Below the pieces are notes generated by a model, which was not told the DNA's origin, made no database searches, and saw nothing but the letters and a program-made list of their open reading frames with translations. From the NCBI GenBank assembly GCA_964644915.1, contig CAZXYL010000783.1, positions 1 through 30,892 of the forward strand: DNA of 30,892 nucleotides, read 5' to 3'. Both the position numbers and the translations under genes were made by a program. Source of the DNA: an uncultured Geminicoccaceae bacterium (GTDB lineage: Bacteria > Pseudomonadota > Alphaproteobacteria > Geminicoccales > Geminicoccaceae). This document shows positions 1 to 8,659 of this stretch, piece after piece (positions within the stretch are counted from its first letter, which is position 1; every line of letters starts with the position of its first letter).

Positions 1-2
1 AT

Positions 3-2156
3 GTGCTCCTGGATCACCCGGGCGAGCGGCCGGGCGCCGTAGAGCGGGTCGTAGCCCTTCTCGGCCAGCCAGTCCTTGGCCAGCGGGTCGAGCTCCAGGT
101 GCACGCGCCGGTCGGCGAGCTGCGCTGCGAGCTCGCCCGCGAACTTGTCGACCACATGCGCCAGGATCTCGGGCGAGAGGCCGCGGAACCCGATGATCGC
201 GTCCAGGCGGTTCCTGAACTCGGGCGTGAAGGTCCGGTTGATCGCCTCCGCGTCCTCGCCCTCGCGCGTGCTGCGCCCGAAGCCCATGGCCGGCCGGCTC
301 ATGTCGGCGGCGCCGGCGTTGGTGGTCATGATCAGGATGACGTTGCGGAAGTCCACCGTCTTGCCGTTGTTGTCGGTGAGCTTGCCGTAGTCCATCACCT
401 GCAAAAGGATGTTGAAGACGTCCGGATGCGCCTTCTCGACCTCGTCCAGCAGCAGCACCGAGTGCGGCTGCTGGTCGATGGCATCGGTGAGCAGCCCGCC
501 CTGATCGAAGCCGACGTAGCCGGGCGGTGCCCCGATCAGCCGCGAAACCGCATGGCGCTCCATGTACTCCGACATGTCGAAGCGGATCAGCTCGATGCCC
601 ATGACCCGGGCGAGCTGGCGGGCGACCTCGGTCTTGCCCACGCCCGTCGGCCCCGAGAACAGGTAGCAGCCGATCGGTTTCTGCGGGTCGCGCAGCCCCG
701 CGCGTGACAGCTTGATCGCCGAGGCCAGCGCCTCGATCGCCTGATCCTGGCCGAACACCACGCCCTTGAGCTCGGCATCCAGGCTGCGCAGCACCTCCTT
801 GTCGCGCGCGTTCACGTTCTTGACCGGCACGCGGGCGATCTTGGCGACGATCTCCTCGATCTCCTTGATGCCGATGGTCTTGCGCCGCTGGCCCGCGGGC
901 TTGAGCATCTGCGCGGCGCCGACCTCGTCGATGACGTCGATCGCCTTGTCCGGCAGCTTGCGATCGTGGATGTAGCGGACCGAGAGCTCGACCGCGGAGC
1001 GGATCGCGCCCTGCGTGTAGCGGACCTGATGGTGCTCCTCGAACGACGGCTTGAGGCCGGTGAGGATCTTGATCGTCTCGTCCTGGCTCGGCTCCGCGAT
1101 GTCGATCTTCTGGAAGCGCCGGACCAGGGCCCGGTCCTTCTCGAAGTAGTTGCGGTACTCCTTGTAGGTGGTCGAGCCGATGCAGCGCAGCGTACCGCTC
1201 TGCAGGGCGGGCTTGAGGAGGTTCGAGGCGTCGAGCGAGCCGCCGCTGGTGGCACCCGCGCCGATCACGGTATGGATCTCGTCGATGAACAGGACCGCCT
1301 GATCGTCCGCCTCGAGTTCGCCCAAAACCGCCTTCAGCCGCTCCTCGAAGTCGCCGCGGTAGCGGGTGCCGGCGAGCAGCGCGCCCATGTCGAGGGCGTA
1401 GATCACGGCGTTCTGCAGGATGTCCGGGACCTCGTGGCGCACGATGCGCAGCGCCAGCCCCTCGGCGATCGCGGTCTTGCCGACCCCCGGATCGCCCACA
1501 AACAGCGGGTTGTTTTTGGAGCGCCGGCAGAGGATCTGGATCGTGCGCTCGACCTCCTGGTCGCGGCCGACCAGCACGTCGATCTTGCCCTGGCGCGCCT
1601 TGGCGTTGAGGTTGACGCAATAGGCGCTGAGCGCCTCGCCGCCACCCTGGGCCTGGCGCCGGTCGTCGCCACCCTCCTCGGTGGCACCTCGCACCCGCCG
1701 CGTTTCGGTGAGCCCGGCGCGCTTGGCGATGCCGTGGCTGATGTAGTTCACGGCATCCAGGCGCGACATGTTCTGCTCTTGCAGGAAGTAGACGGCGTGC
1801 GACTCCCGCTCGGAGAACAGCGCGACCAGGACGTTGGCACCGGTCACCTCGGAGCGGCCCGAACTCTGGACGTGGATCGCGGCCCGCTGGATCACCCGCT
1901 GGAAGCCGGCGGTGGGCTTGGCGTCCACGACGCCGTCGATGGCGAGGCTGGTCAGGTCGTGGTCGAGGAAGTCGTTGAGGCTGGCACGCAGACGATCAAT
2001 CTCGACCGCGCAGGCTTTCAGCACCGCGACCGCGTCCTCGTCGTCGGTGAGCGCCATGAGCAGGTGCTCGAGAGTCGCGTACTCGTGCTGCCGCGCGTTG
2101 GCGATCGCCAAGGCCCGACGCAGCGTCTTTTCAAGGTTGCGCGACAACATGGGCAT
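3..2156 (-). CDS. clpA: ATP-dependent Clp protease ATP-binding subunit ClpA (3' end runs off the window)
   Basis: Read by hand on the minus strand: [36 protein letters not shown] (Clp N domain), Walker [14 protein letters not shown] (~1465-1500), second Walker [10 protein letters not shown] (~625-655). Immediately downstream of clpS. No stop inside the window, which probably explains its absence from the ORF track. Alternative ATG at 2150. Confidence 0.97.
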   Translation of the reverse strand, partial: MPMLSRNLEKTLRRALAIANARQHEYATLEHLLMALTDDEDAVAVLKACAVEIDRLRASLNDFLDHDLTSLAIDGVVDAKPTAGFQRVIQRAAIHVQSSGRSEVTGANVLVALFSERESHAVYFLQEQNMSRLDAVNYISHGIAKRAGLTETRRVRGATEEGGDDRRQAQGGGEALSAYCVNLNAKARQGKIDVLVGRDQEVERTIQILCRRSKNNPLFVGDPGVGKTAIAEGLALRIVRHEVPDILQNAVIYALDMGALLAGTRYRGDFEERLKAVLGELEADDQAVLFIDEIHTVIGAGATSGGSLDASNLLKPALQSGTLRCIGSTTYKEYRNYFEKDRALVRRFQKIDIAEPSQDETIKILTGLKPSFEEHHQVRYTQGAIRSAVELSVRYIHDRKLPDKAIDVIDEVGAAQMLKPAGQRRKTIGIKEIEEIVAKIARVPVKNVNARDKEVLRSLDAELKGVVFGQDQAIEALASAIKLSRAGLRDPQKPIGCYLFSGPTGVGKTEVARQLARVMGIELIRFDMSEYMERHAVSRLIGAPPGYVGFDQGGLLTDAIDQQPHSVLLLDEVEKAHPDVFNILLQVMDYGKLTDNNGKTVDFRNVILIMTTNAGAADMSRPAMGFGRSTREGEDAEAINRTFTPEFRNRLDAIIGFRGLSPEILAHVVDKFAGELAAQLADRRVHLELDPLAKDWLAEKGYDPLYGARPLARVIQEH

Positions 2157-2168
2157 TCGCGCGATCCG

Positions 2169-2489
2169 TTAGTCCTTTTCCATTGTGCACTGCAAAGGGT
2201 GCTGATTCTGCCGGGCGAAATCGATCACCTGCGAGACTTTGGTCTCCGCCACCTCGTAGGTGTAGACCCCGCAGATGCCGACGCCGTGGTTGTGCACATG
2301 AAGCATGATCCGGGTCGCATCCTCCTGGCTCTTGCCGAAAAACCGCTCGAGCACGTGCACCACAAACTCCATCGGTGTGTAATCGTCGTTCAACAGCAGC
2401 ACCTTGTACATCGACGGCTTCTGGGTCTTCTCGCGGGTCTTGGTGACGACGTTCGTCGCCGTGCCGGTGTCGTGCGCCCGATTGCTCAT
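2169..2489 (-). CDS. clpS: ATP-dependent Clp protease adaptor ClpS (106 aa)
   Basis: [25 protein letters not shown]...[24 protein letters not shown]...[10 protein letters not shown] is the ClpS signature; adjacent to clpA. Start moved to ATG 2489 (MSNRAH) from the longer ORF-track call. Confidence 0.97.
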   Translation of the reverse strand: MSNRAHDTGTATNVVTKTREKTQKPSMYKVLLLNDDYTPMEFVVHVLERFFGKSQEDATRIMLHVHNHGVGICGVYTYEVAETKVSQVIDFARQNQHPLQCTMEKD

Positions 2490-2940
2490 GGTCACGCCAT
2501 TCCAGCCCGTTCTGAGCGAACCCTCGGATGATAGTGGATTCCGGGGCGTGAAGAAAAGCCCGTTGCAGCCCTTTTGCTTCACGTGGGCGGAGCCCTGGTG
2601 AAATTTCCCGCCGTTCCCTCGGCCGACCCCGCTCTCGCGCCGGCAGCCGCCACCCGCGGACCACCATCACCCCGCCTCGAACGCGCCCAGTAGATCAGAC
2701 CCTCGGCAGGTCAAGTCAAGGCGGGCGCGGAACCGGTGCAGCGATCTCGCGCCGTCTCCCAGCCGGCTGGCGCGCTTCGCGCTCGGCACCGCGGCGGCGC
2801 GACCCGCCACGCTGCAGAGCGGGCAGAAATACCGGCTCGGCGGCGCGGCTCGAGCTTTGCGGTGGTCGTGTTTCGCGCTGCACAAACGCGAACGGGGCCG
2901 CGCGACGATGCCACGACCCCGTCCGGTCAAGCCGTCGACG

Positions 2941-3342
2941 TCAGGCGGCGGCGCTCTCCGCGGCCTTGGTCGCGACCTGGGAGGCGCGCTGGTTGAGCGG
3001 CTCGAACGTGTCGGTCATGACCTTGCCGGTGAGCTCACCCACCTTCTTGAACTCGTCGACATACGCCTTCAGGGCCGACTGCGTGAAATCGATCTGCAGC
3101 TCGAGCGCGACCTCGGGTGAGGTGCATTCAGCGAGGCTCTTGCCCATGTCCAGGCCGCTTTTCATCCGACTCTGATAGAACGCCAGGAGCTCGGTGCCGA
3201 CCGACTGATAACCCTTGATCACCGCCTGACCCGAGGCGAGCACGGCATCGACATTGCCCTTGTACAGGCTCGTCCAATCGGCATAACTCTGGTGCAGCGC
3301 ATCTTCGGAGCGGTCGATCGCCCGTACATTGCTGGCAGGCAT
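2941..3342 (-). CDS. Phasin family (PHA granule-associated) protein, 133 aa
   Basis: Helical Ala-rich sequence with the Phasin_2-like pattern (KSLAECTSPEVALELQIDFTQSALKAYVDEFKKVGEL); SD-like GGTGAGGAAG before the ATG; clpA-clpS-phasin order is common in Alphaproteobacteria; PhaR-type boxes upstream. Confidence 0.85.
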   Translation of the reverse strand: MPASNVRAIDRSEDALHQSYADWTSLYKGNVDAVLASGQAVIKGYQSVGTELLAFYQSRMKSGLDMGKSLAECTSPEVALELQIDFTQSALKAYVDEFKKVGELTGKVMTDTFEPLNQRASQVATKAAESAAA

Positions 3343-3420
3343 CGCTTCCTCACCTTTCTATCACTGGTCTGCATGGCCAGGGCTGCAGCTCCCGCCGGCG
3401 GCTTTTTCGAGACCGGCTCA

Positions 3421-3432
3421 TGCTGCATTGCA
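3421..3432 (-). promoter_or_regulatory. Putative PhaR operator (proximal), TGCAATGCAGCA
   Basis: Minus strand reads TGC-AAT-GCA-GCA, a TGC-N3-GCA box directly downstream of the phasin -10 element. Confidence 0.65.
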
Positions 3433-3462
3433 ATAATATCGGTGGGTGCGGGGTCAGGTCAA
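3433..3462 (-). promoter_or_regulatory. Sigma70-type promoter of the phasin gene (TTGACC-N18-TATTAT)
   Basis: Minus strand -35 TTGACC at 3462-3457 and -10 TATTAT at 3438-3433; AT-rich island in GC-rich DNA, oriented toward the phasin. Confidence 0.65.
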
Positions 3463-3479
3463 CCGAAACGAGTCGTTGT

Positions 3480-3491
3480 TGCTGCGCTGCA
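3480..3491 (-). promoter_or_regulatory. Putative PhaR operator (distal), TGCAGCGCAGCA
   Basis: Second TGC-N3-GCA-GCA box, 59 bp from the first and upstream of the -35. Confidence 0.55.
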
Positions 3492-3584
3492 CAAGGACCA
3501 ATCGCGCGTGCGGTCCTGCGGCCCTTGGCCGCACGCGGCTGCCAAGCCGAACGGTTCTCGTACCGCGTATGTTACTCGGCCGGA

Positions 3585-4535
3585 TTACGGACCAGGGACG
3601 ACAAAGCCTTCCTCGTCGATCACCCAGCCCTCGGGCAGGCCCTTTGGCTTGCTCTTTCGGGCACGCCGCCCCGCCGTGCTGCCATTTCCGGAAGGCGCGT
3701 CGCCCTGGTCCTGGTCCGCAGGGCTGGTCGGGGGCGCAACGCGTGGCCCCGCCTGCTCGCCCGGCTCGTCGGCCGGCTCCGGCGTGCCGTCCTCGGCCTC
3801 GCTCGCCGCCCGCGCCCGTGCACCCCTCGGCGCTGCCGACCGGGTGCGTGGCCCCGCGGCGACCGCGGGCGCCGCCCGTTCGGCGGCCGAACGCGACAGC
3901 TGCAGGCGGCCTGACTGCGCGTTGACGAGACTCCTCGCCTCGCCCTGCGACCCCCCGGACGTTTCCGCCGCCCGCTCCTGCTCGTCTGCCTGGCGCGGTT
4001 CCGCCCGCTCCGCGGAATCATCGGGCGCGCCCTGGTCGGCCGCCTCGGGCACTTCAGGCTCGTCCTCGCCGTTCGTCTCGGCGGCGGCCCGCGAGCGATC
4101 CGGCATGGTGAGCGAGAGCGCCATCTGCATCAGGCGCTCCTGGGCCACTGGCGGCCGCGGCGCTGGCTTCTCCACCTCTTCCTCCGCCTGCACCTCGGCC
4201 TCGGCCTCGGCGTCGGTCAGGGTCAGCTTCAAGCGCGCGAGTTGCTCGAAGAACTCCTCGCGCTCGGCGGGGTTGAGGCGATTGTGCGCCCGCTCGGCGA
4301 TCAGCCGATCGGCCTGGGCGGCTACGGCTTGGGCATGTCCGAACTGGCCGGACGCCGACGACCGCCCCGCCAAGACCTGCGCCAGCGCCTTGGTCGCCGG
4401 CTGGAGCAGAGGCAACAGCTCGCGCGCCGAGTTCGGCAACGGCTTCTGCGGCCCGCGCGGCCTGCGATTGTGGCCGTTCTTGTTACGCTTCTTGGGTCCT
4501 TGCCGCCGATAGGGAAACATGCTTCGGTTCTGCAT
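3585..4535 (-). CDS. Hypothetical protein: basic N-terminus, short helical domain, long acidic/Ala-Pro-rich disordered region, compact C-terminal motif
   Basis: 316 aa ORF with GC3-rich codons; N-terminus RRQGPKKRNKNGHNRRPRGP; helical LNPAEREEFFEQLARLKLTL; C-terminus GLPEGWVIDEEGFVVPGP. Start ATG 4535 or 4520. Confidence 0.8.
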   Translation of the reverse strand: MQNRSMFPYRRQGPKKRNKNGHNRRPRGPQKPLPNSARELLPLLQPATKALAQVLAGRSSASGQFGHAQAVAAQADRLIAERAHNRLNPAEREEFFEQLARLKLTLTDAEAEAEVQAEEEVEKPAPRPPVAQERLMQMALSLTMPDRSRAAAETNGEDEPEVPEAADQGAPDDSAERAEPRQADEQERAAETSGGSQGEARSLVNAQSGRLQLSRSAAERAAPAVAAGPRTRSAAPRGARARAASEAEDGTPEPADEPGEQAGPRVAPPTSPADQDQGDAPSGNGSTAGRRARKSKPKGLPEGWVIDEEGFVVPGP

Positions 4536-5072
4536 AGAGTGATATCGACCTCACGAAAGCGGGGCGCTCTGAGCCCTCCTGTCAGTGTTCGTGGTACTGA
4601 CCACCACCTCGCCCGGGTCGCCCGACGAGCCGAGTTTTCATCAGATTCAACTCCTGCGTTGCTGGATCGTTTCATCCAGCAGAAATAAACGCATCTGTCG
4701 CAGGGCCGTTACTGGCCGTCGCCACAACGCTCGTCCGCAAACCTCGGACGGTGCCCGGCAGCCGTGGCCTCCCGCCATGCGGCGGCCGCGCTTTTCGCGG
4801 TGATCAGCGTGCTCAAGGAGAAGACCGGCACACTCCGAACTACGATCTTCAGCCGCGCCGCCCAACCCGACTCACGGAAAGCTTCACCAGATCTATCGCG
4901 ATTTTTCTTAGCTGGCCGGGCGAAAAACGAGAGCCCGGAACGGGTTGGCGCGTGTGCGCACGCAACTAACCTAGTGTCCCCGGTACGAAAGCTCAACCCC
5001 TTCCCGCCATGCGCGTGACGGATTTCGACGAATCCCTGGCTCCCCGTGCCGCCCGCCGTGCAATCTCGCCCC

Positions 5073-5819
5073 TCAGCGAAATACGATCCGCGCCGCAGGC
5101 CAATGCAGACAAAGACCACGAGCAGCTATCGGCCACGCGCGACCACCATGTCCCCGAAGAATTGCATCCATCAACACGAGTGAAATGGGCGGCAGGCGCT
5201 CGGCATCGAATGCAGTCCAGCCGATGCACACTTGCGTGGCGCCGCCGGCGCACGAGGGCGGTGATTCGACCAGAACACGGATGACGTGATCTTCGGCAGC
5301 GGCAGGCGCGCGGGCCGCTTGCGCGACCGCGTGCGCCAGGGCGTCGAGCCAGAACGGGTCACCCCGCACCATGAGACGAGCATCTCGGGGCTCGATCTCC
5401 CAGGCCACGCCCACGCCGCTCGAGCGGGCCAGCGTCTGCTGCATCACCTGCAGCAGGTCGACGGTGGCATCCGCGACAGGCGCCCGGGTCGTCGAGGCCT
5501 GGAGCAGCAGCAGAACGAGCTGCACCTGCTCCATCAGCCGGCGCCCGGCGCATTGGACATCGCTCAAGCACACGCGCGCGTGCGCGCTCAGCGGCCCGGC
5601 CGAGCCGTCGAGCAGCAGCTCCACGTTGCCGAGAATGGCGTTGAGGGGCGTGCGCAGCTCGTGCCCGAGCTCGAGCCAGGCGCCCGAGGACAGGTGCACC
5701 GCCCGGGTCCGCTCGTGATCGGCCTGCCCCAAGCTACCGTCTCCTGCCACCTGCTGTGTGTCCGTCCGGGCACGCGGCGCAAACGGTCTCGCTCGCGCGC
5801 TGATCGAGGATGGCCCCAA
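5073..5819 (-). CDS. HisKA (DHp) domain protein with a degenerate HATPase_c domain (pseudokinase or phosphotransferase candidate)
   Basis: H-box LGHELRTPLNAILGNVELLL (His codon 5663-5661). The C-terminal half keeps CA-domain spacing (VRGDPFWL...AILRGHGG) but has no N-box Asn, DxGxG or GxGLG. Start codon uncertain (TTG 5819 per ORF track). Confidence 0.75.
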   Translation of the reverse strand: MGPSSISARARPFAPRARTDTQQVAGDGSLGQADHERTRAVHLSSGAWLELGHELRTPLNAILGNVELLLDGSAGPLSAHARVCLSDVQCAGRRLMEQVQLVLLLLQASTTRAPVADATVDLLQVMQQTLARSSGVGVAWEIEPRDARLMVRGDPFWLDALAHAVAQAARAPAAAEDHVIRVLVESPPSCAGGATQVCIGWTAFDAERLPPISLVLMDAILRGHGGRAWPIAARGLCLHWPAARIVFR

Positions 5820-5877
5820 GCATCACGCTGCTGGGTCCCACGCCCACCGCTTGCGTTCCATCGGCAGCATGCGGCAC

Positions 5878-5907
5878 GTTAACCGAACAGGCCTAATGGA
5901 TCCTTAA
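5878..5907 (-). promoter_or_regulatory. CtrA-like binding site(s) upstream of the HisKA gene
   Basis: Minus strand TTAA-GGATCCA-TTAG (5907-5893), one mismatch to TTAA-N7-TTAA, plus a GTTAAC half site at 5878-5883. TTAA is rare in this sequence. Confidence 0.55.
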
Positions 5908-5988
5908 GACGGGCGCCCCTGGCCGTGGCCCTCGACCGGCCGCCGGAGTGCCCCGGCGCGTACACCTCGTGGCGAGGGGGCATGCTGC

Positions 5989-6411
5989 GTGACCTTCTTC
6001 TTCTTCGGCACGCTGATGGATCGGGAGGTGCTGGCAGCGGTCCTGGGCCGGGTCGTGCCCGAGACCGACCTCTTGCCGGCCCGGCTGCACGGCTTTTGCC
6101 GCGTGCGCGCGGCCCGCGAGCCCTATCCGACCTTGATCCGGGACCGCCGCGGTGTGGTCGACGGCCTCTGGCTGCGCCGGGTCGGTCGGCGTGACGAGGC
6201 GCGCATCCGGCATTTCGAGGACGATGCCTACAGCCCGCGCTGGCTCACGATCCAGACGGCGGGCCACGGCGCGGTGCGAGCGCGGGTGTTCTTCGCGCAC
6301 CCGGGATTGGGCACCACGGACGAGCCCTGGACCCTCGAGGGCTGGCAGCGCACCCACAAGGAGCAGTTTCTGGAGGAGTTCCGCGCCTGGATGGCGGTGT
6401 GCCCCGACTGA
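5989..6411 (+). CDS. Gamma-glutamylcyclotransferase / AIG2-like family protein
   Basis: N-terminal FFFGTLMD motif, then ARLHGF, YPTL, VDGL and RHFEDDAY, matching the GGCT/AIG2 pattern; GTG start. Confidence 0.8.
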   Translation: MTFFFFGTLMDREVLAAVLGRVVPETDLLPARLHGFCRVRAAREPYPTLIRDRRGVVDGLWLRRVGRRDEARIRHFEDDAYSPRWLTIQTAGHGAVRARVFFAHPGLGTTDEPWTLEGWQRTHKEQFLEEFRAWMAVCPD

Positions 6412-6500
6412 GAGATGGCTTGCGGCCTTCTCGCGCTGAGGCGGCGATCTAGCTATACTGGGTACGAGAGGGAGGCTCCAAGGGGACCACTGGCGAGACC

Positions 6501-7061
6501 GTGAGCGAGCATCAGTATCCGAGCAGCGCGATCTACGGTGATTATGCGCGTGCAGCATTCGGGTTCGGCCTGACCGCCGGACCGCTGGTGCTGCTCGACC
6601 TCGCCACCGTGATGGCGGCACTGTTCGCCGCGCTCGCGGCGCTGTTCGGCTGGTTCGGCTGGCGCACGGCGCTGCGCCAGATCAGCCGCGTGCAGGTCAC
6701 GCCCGAGGCGATCGCCTTGCACGGCCCGATCGAGCGGCGGATCCCCTGGGCCGAGCTGCGTCGGGTCAAGCTCGCCTATTACGCGGCGGCGCGCGGCCGA
6801 CGGAACGGCTGGCTGCAGCTCACCCTGCGCGGCAACGGCCGCGTTATCCGGATGGATTCCAGCCTCGAGGGCTTCGATCGGATCCTGCGCTCGGTGCAGG
6901 CCCAGGTGCGGGCGCAGAACCTGCCCGTGGACCCCACGACCGCGAGCAACTTCGGGGAGCTGGGCTTCGCGGTGGGCACGCCGGGCGTTGCCTCGGGCGA
7001 CGGGCAGGGCCAAGCAGCGGGCGCGGCCGCGCCCCCGGCACCACGCTCGATGGTGGGCTAG
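6501..7061 (+). CDS. Hypothetical membrane protein (two N-terminal TM helices plus a PH-like soluble domain)
   Basis: Two hydrophobic segments (AAFGFGLTAGPLVLL; VMAALFAALAALFGWFGW) followed by a beta-rich region containing RIPWAEL and WLQLTL; GTG start with purine-rich upstream sequence. Confidence 0.75.
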   Translation: MSEHQYPSSAIYGDYARAAFGFGLTAGPLVLLDLATVMAALFAALAALFGWFGWRTALRQISRVQVTPEAIALHGPIERRIPWAELRRVKLAYYAAARGRRNGWLQLTLRGNGRVIRMDSSLEGFDRILRSVQAQVRAQNLPVDPTTASNFGELGFAVGTPGVASGDGQGQAAGAAAPPAPRSMVG

Positions 7062-8341
7062 AGACGTCGGGCCGGCACGACCTGCGGCGCAGCGTGCGTG
7101 CGGATCTCGGCCGGAGGCAGGCCATCGAGCAACCCGGCGCCCAGCCGATCGAACGGGATCTGCCGCTCGTCCTTGGGTGAGCCACCGCCCGCGCCGGTCG
7201 CACGCCGCACCTCGCCGCTCGGGCTCGGCTCGCCCGCCGAGCCGGTCTCGTCTCCCGCTGGCGTCTTGGGATAGCGCGCCGGAACGATGACGTAATCCGC
7301 CCTCTTGGTCGCCAGCTCCGACCACCGCTCGATCGCGCTCCTCGTGTCGGCGGCCTCGCCGGCGCTACGGTCGGCTTGGTCGCCCGGACGCGCGGGCGCC
7401 GGGGCGATGAGGCGCCGGCTCGGCTGCGGCGGTGCGAGCTGGGCCATCAGCGTCGGCTCGCGCGGCGTGCGCGCCGGCACGAGCTCGGTCGCGGACTGCG
7501 GCGCCGCCGCCGATGGCACCCCCGCAGCGAGCGCCAGCCGCGGCGGCGATGGCACGGCGACGGCATCGACCGCGACCGCCACCTGCTGCGGCAACACCGA
7601 CCCGAGGGCGATCTCGTCCTCGTGCGGCACCGCCGCCTCCGCCAGGAGCCGCGCCTGAGGCGCACTGAGCTTCGCCGCCGTGCCGGCGCTTTCCGTCGCC
7701 AGCCGGATGTCCGGCGCCACGCCTTCGAACGCCCCGCCCGCGTCGCGCCGCCCGAGCAGATACTCCCGCCCCCGACGCTCGGCGGAGGCGGATTGGCCCG
7801 CCTCCAGCGTGGTGCCGGTCCGCCCGTCCGGGGTGATGATCCGGGCCCGGCCGTCCGTGACCCGGATCTCGGCGCCGGCCGGCCCCACGCTCACGTCGAA
7901 CACGCCCCGGGCCACATCGGCCTCGAAAAAAGGCGTCTCAACGATCAGCGCCGCGCCGTCGAGCACGCGATAGCGGACCGGCCCGGCGCTCTGCTGGAGC
8001 CAGGCCGGATCGCCGCCATAGGGCAGGCGGAATTCACATGCGGTGCTGGCCACGACCTGGCGGCCGGCGTCGGCCAGGATCAGGCGCCCGCCGCGACCGG
8101 TGACCACGCGGCTGCCGTCGGGGACGAGACCCGCAGCCGGCACGTGCAGCCATTCCGTCGCGCCGGGCGGCTGAAAGCGCGCGTGCCCCAGCCGCTCGAC
8201 CACGCGCCAGCCGTCCGGGGTCGGGACGCTCGGCGGGTCGCCGGCGCTTTGACACGCGCCGACCCAGAGCAGCGCGACCAGCGCCGCGATCCATCGCAGC
8301 CGGAACTCCACGCCGGAACCGGTGAGCGCCCATCGCGCCAT
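7058..8341 (-). CDS. FecR-domain putative lipoprotein with a low-complexity C-terminal tail
   Basis: Hydrophobic leader ending LLWVGAC (lipobox-like Cys); FecR-like VVTGRGGRLIL...VETPFFEADVARGVFDVSV...IRVTDGRARI; Pro/Ala-rich tail. Confidence 0.7.
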   Translation of the reverse strand: MARWALTGSGVEFRLRWIAALVALLWVGACQSAGDPPSVPTPDGWRVVERLGHARFQPPGATEWLHVPAAGLVPDGSRVVTGRGGRLILADAGRQVVASTACEFRLPYGGDPAWLQQSAGPVRYRVLDGAALIVETPFFEADVARGVFDVSVGPAGAEIRVTDGRARIITPDGRTGTTLEAGQSASAERRGREYLLGRRDAGGAFEGVAPDIRLATESAGTAAKLSAPQARLLAEAAVPHEDEIALGSVLPQQVAVAVDAVAVPSPPRLALAAGVPSAAAPQSATELVPARTPREPTLMAQLAPPQPSRRLIAPAPARPGDQADRSAGEAADTRSAIERWSELATKRADYVIVPARYPKTPAGDETGSAGEPSPSGEVRRATGAGGGSPKDERQIPFDRLGAGLLDGLPPAEIRTHAAPQVVPARRL

Positions 8342-8391
8342 TCGCCAAGCTCACATGGCACCCCGAAACCGTGCACATGCCGCCCGATCGC

Positions 8392-8407
8392 TTAAGATTT
8401 CGTCAAC
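8392..8407 (+). promoter_or_regulatory. CtrA-like binding site upstream of the FecR-domain gene
   Basis: TTAA-GATTTCG-TCAAC: one mismatch to TTAA-N7-TTAA(C), about 50 bp upstream of the fecR-like ATG. Confidence 0.5.
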
Positions 8408-8659
8408 GGCCACCCATGCGGCGGCGAGCTCGTCGCTCACCAGACGGCCGCTGCTGGGGGAATGGCTCCTCGCCGTGCGAGCCAGGCTGTCGCGCTGCGG
8501 TTTTGGGGGCTTGTGCGGAGAGGCGCCTCTCGTCATGTTGTCCCCGCGATCGGTTTACGATCGCGCAGACGTGATGAGGGGGAGACGCATGGCCGGCCGC
8601 CACAGAAGCGGTGCTCGCGGTGCAGATGAGCGGCGCTGGCCGCTCCCGGGTGCGCCGGC

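Noticed and set aside
3-2531. Long plus-strand ORFs (234 aa and 521 aa)
   Set aside because: Antisense shadows of clpA/clpS; high-GC codon bias leaves opposite frames open, and the products have no recognisable motifs.
2667-2930. 87-aa ORF with a CPLC motif (possible zinc-binding protein)
   Set aside because: Only one Cys pair, no clear SD and atypical codon usage; more likely intergenic sequence upstream of clpS.
4620-4680. CTGATGA on the minus strand, resembling a hammerhead ribozyme core
   Set aside because: No stem II closed by a downstream GAAA and no stem I/III pairing found.
4709-5119. 136-aa minus-strand ORF with a partly gene-like 3' half
   Set aside because: No convincing start or SD and no recognisable domain; kept only as part of the unexplained-region finding.
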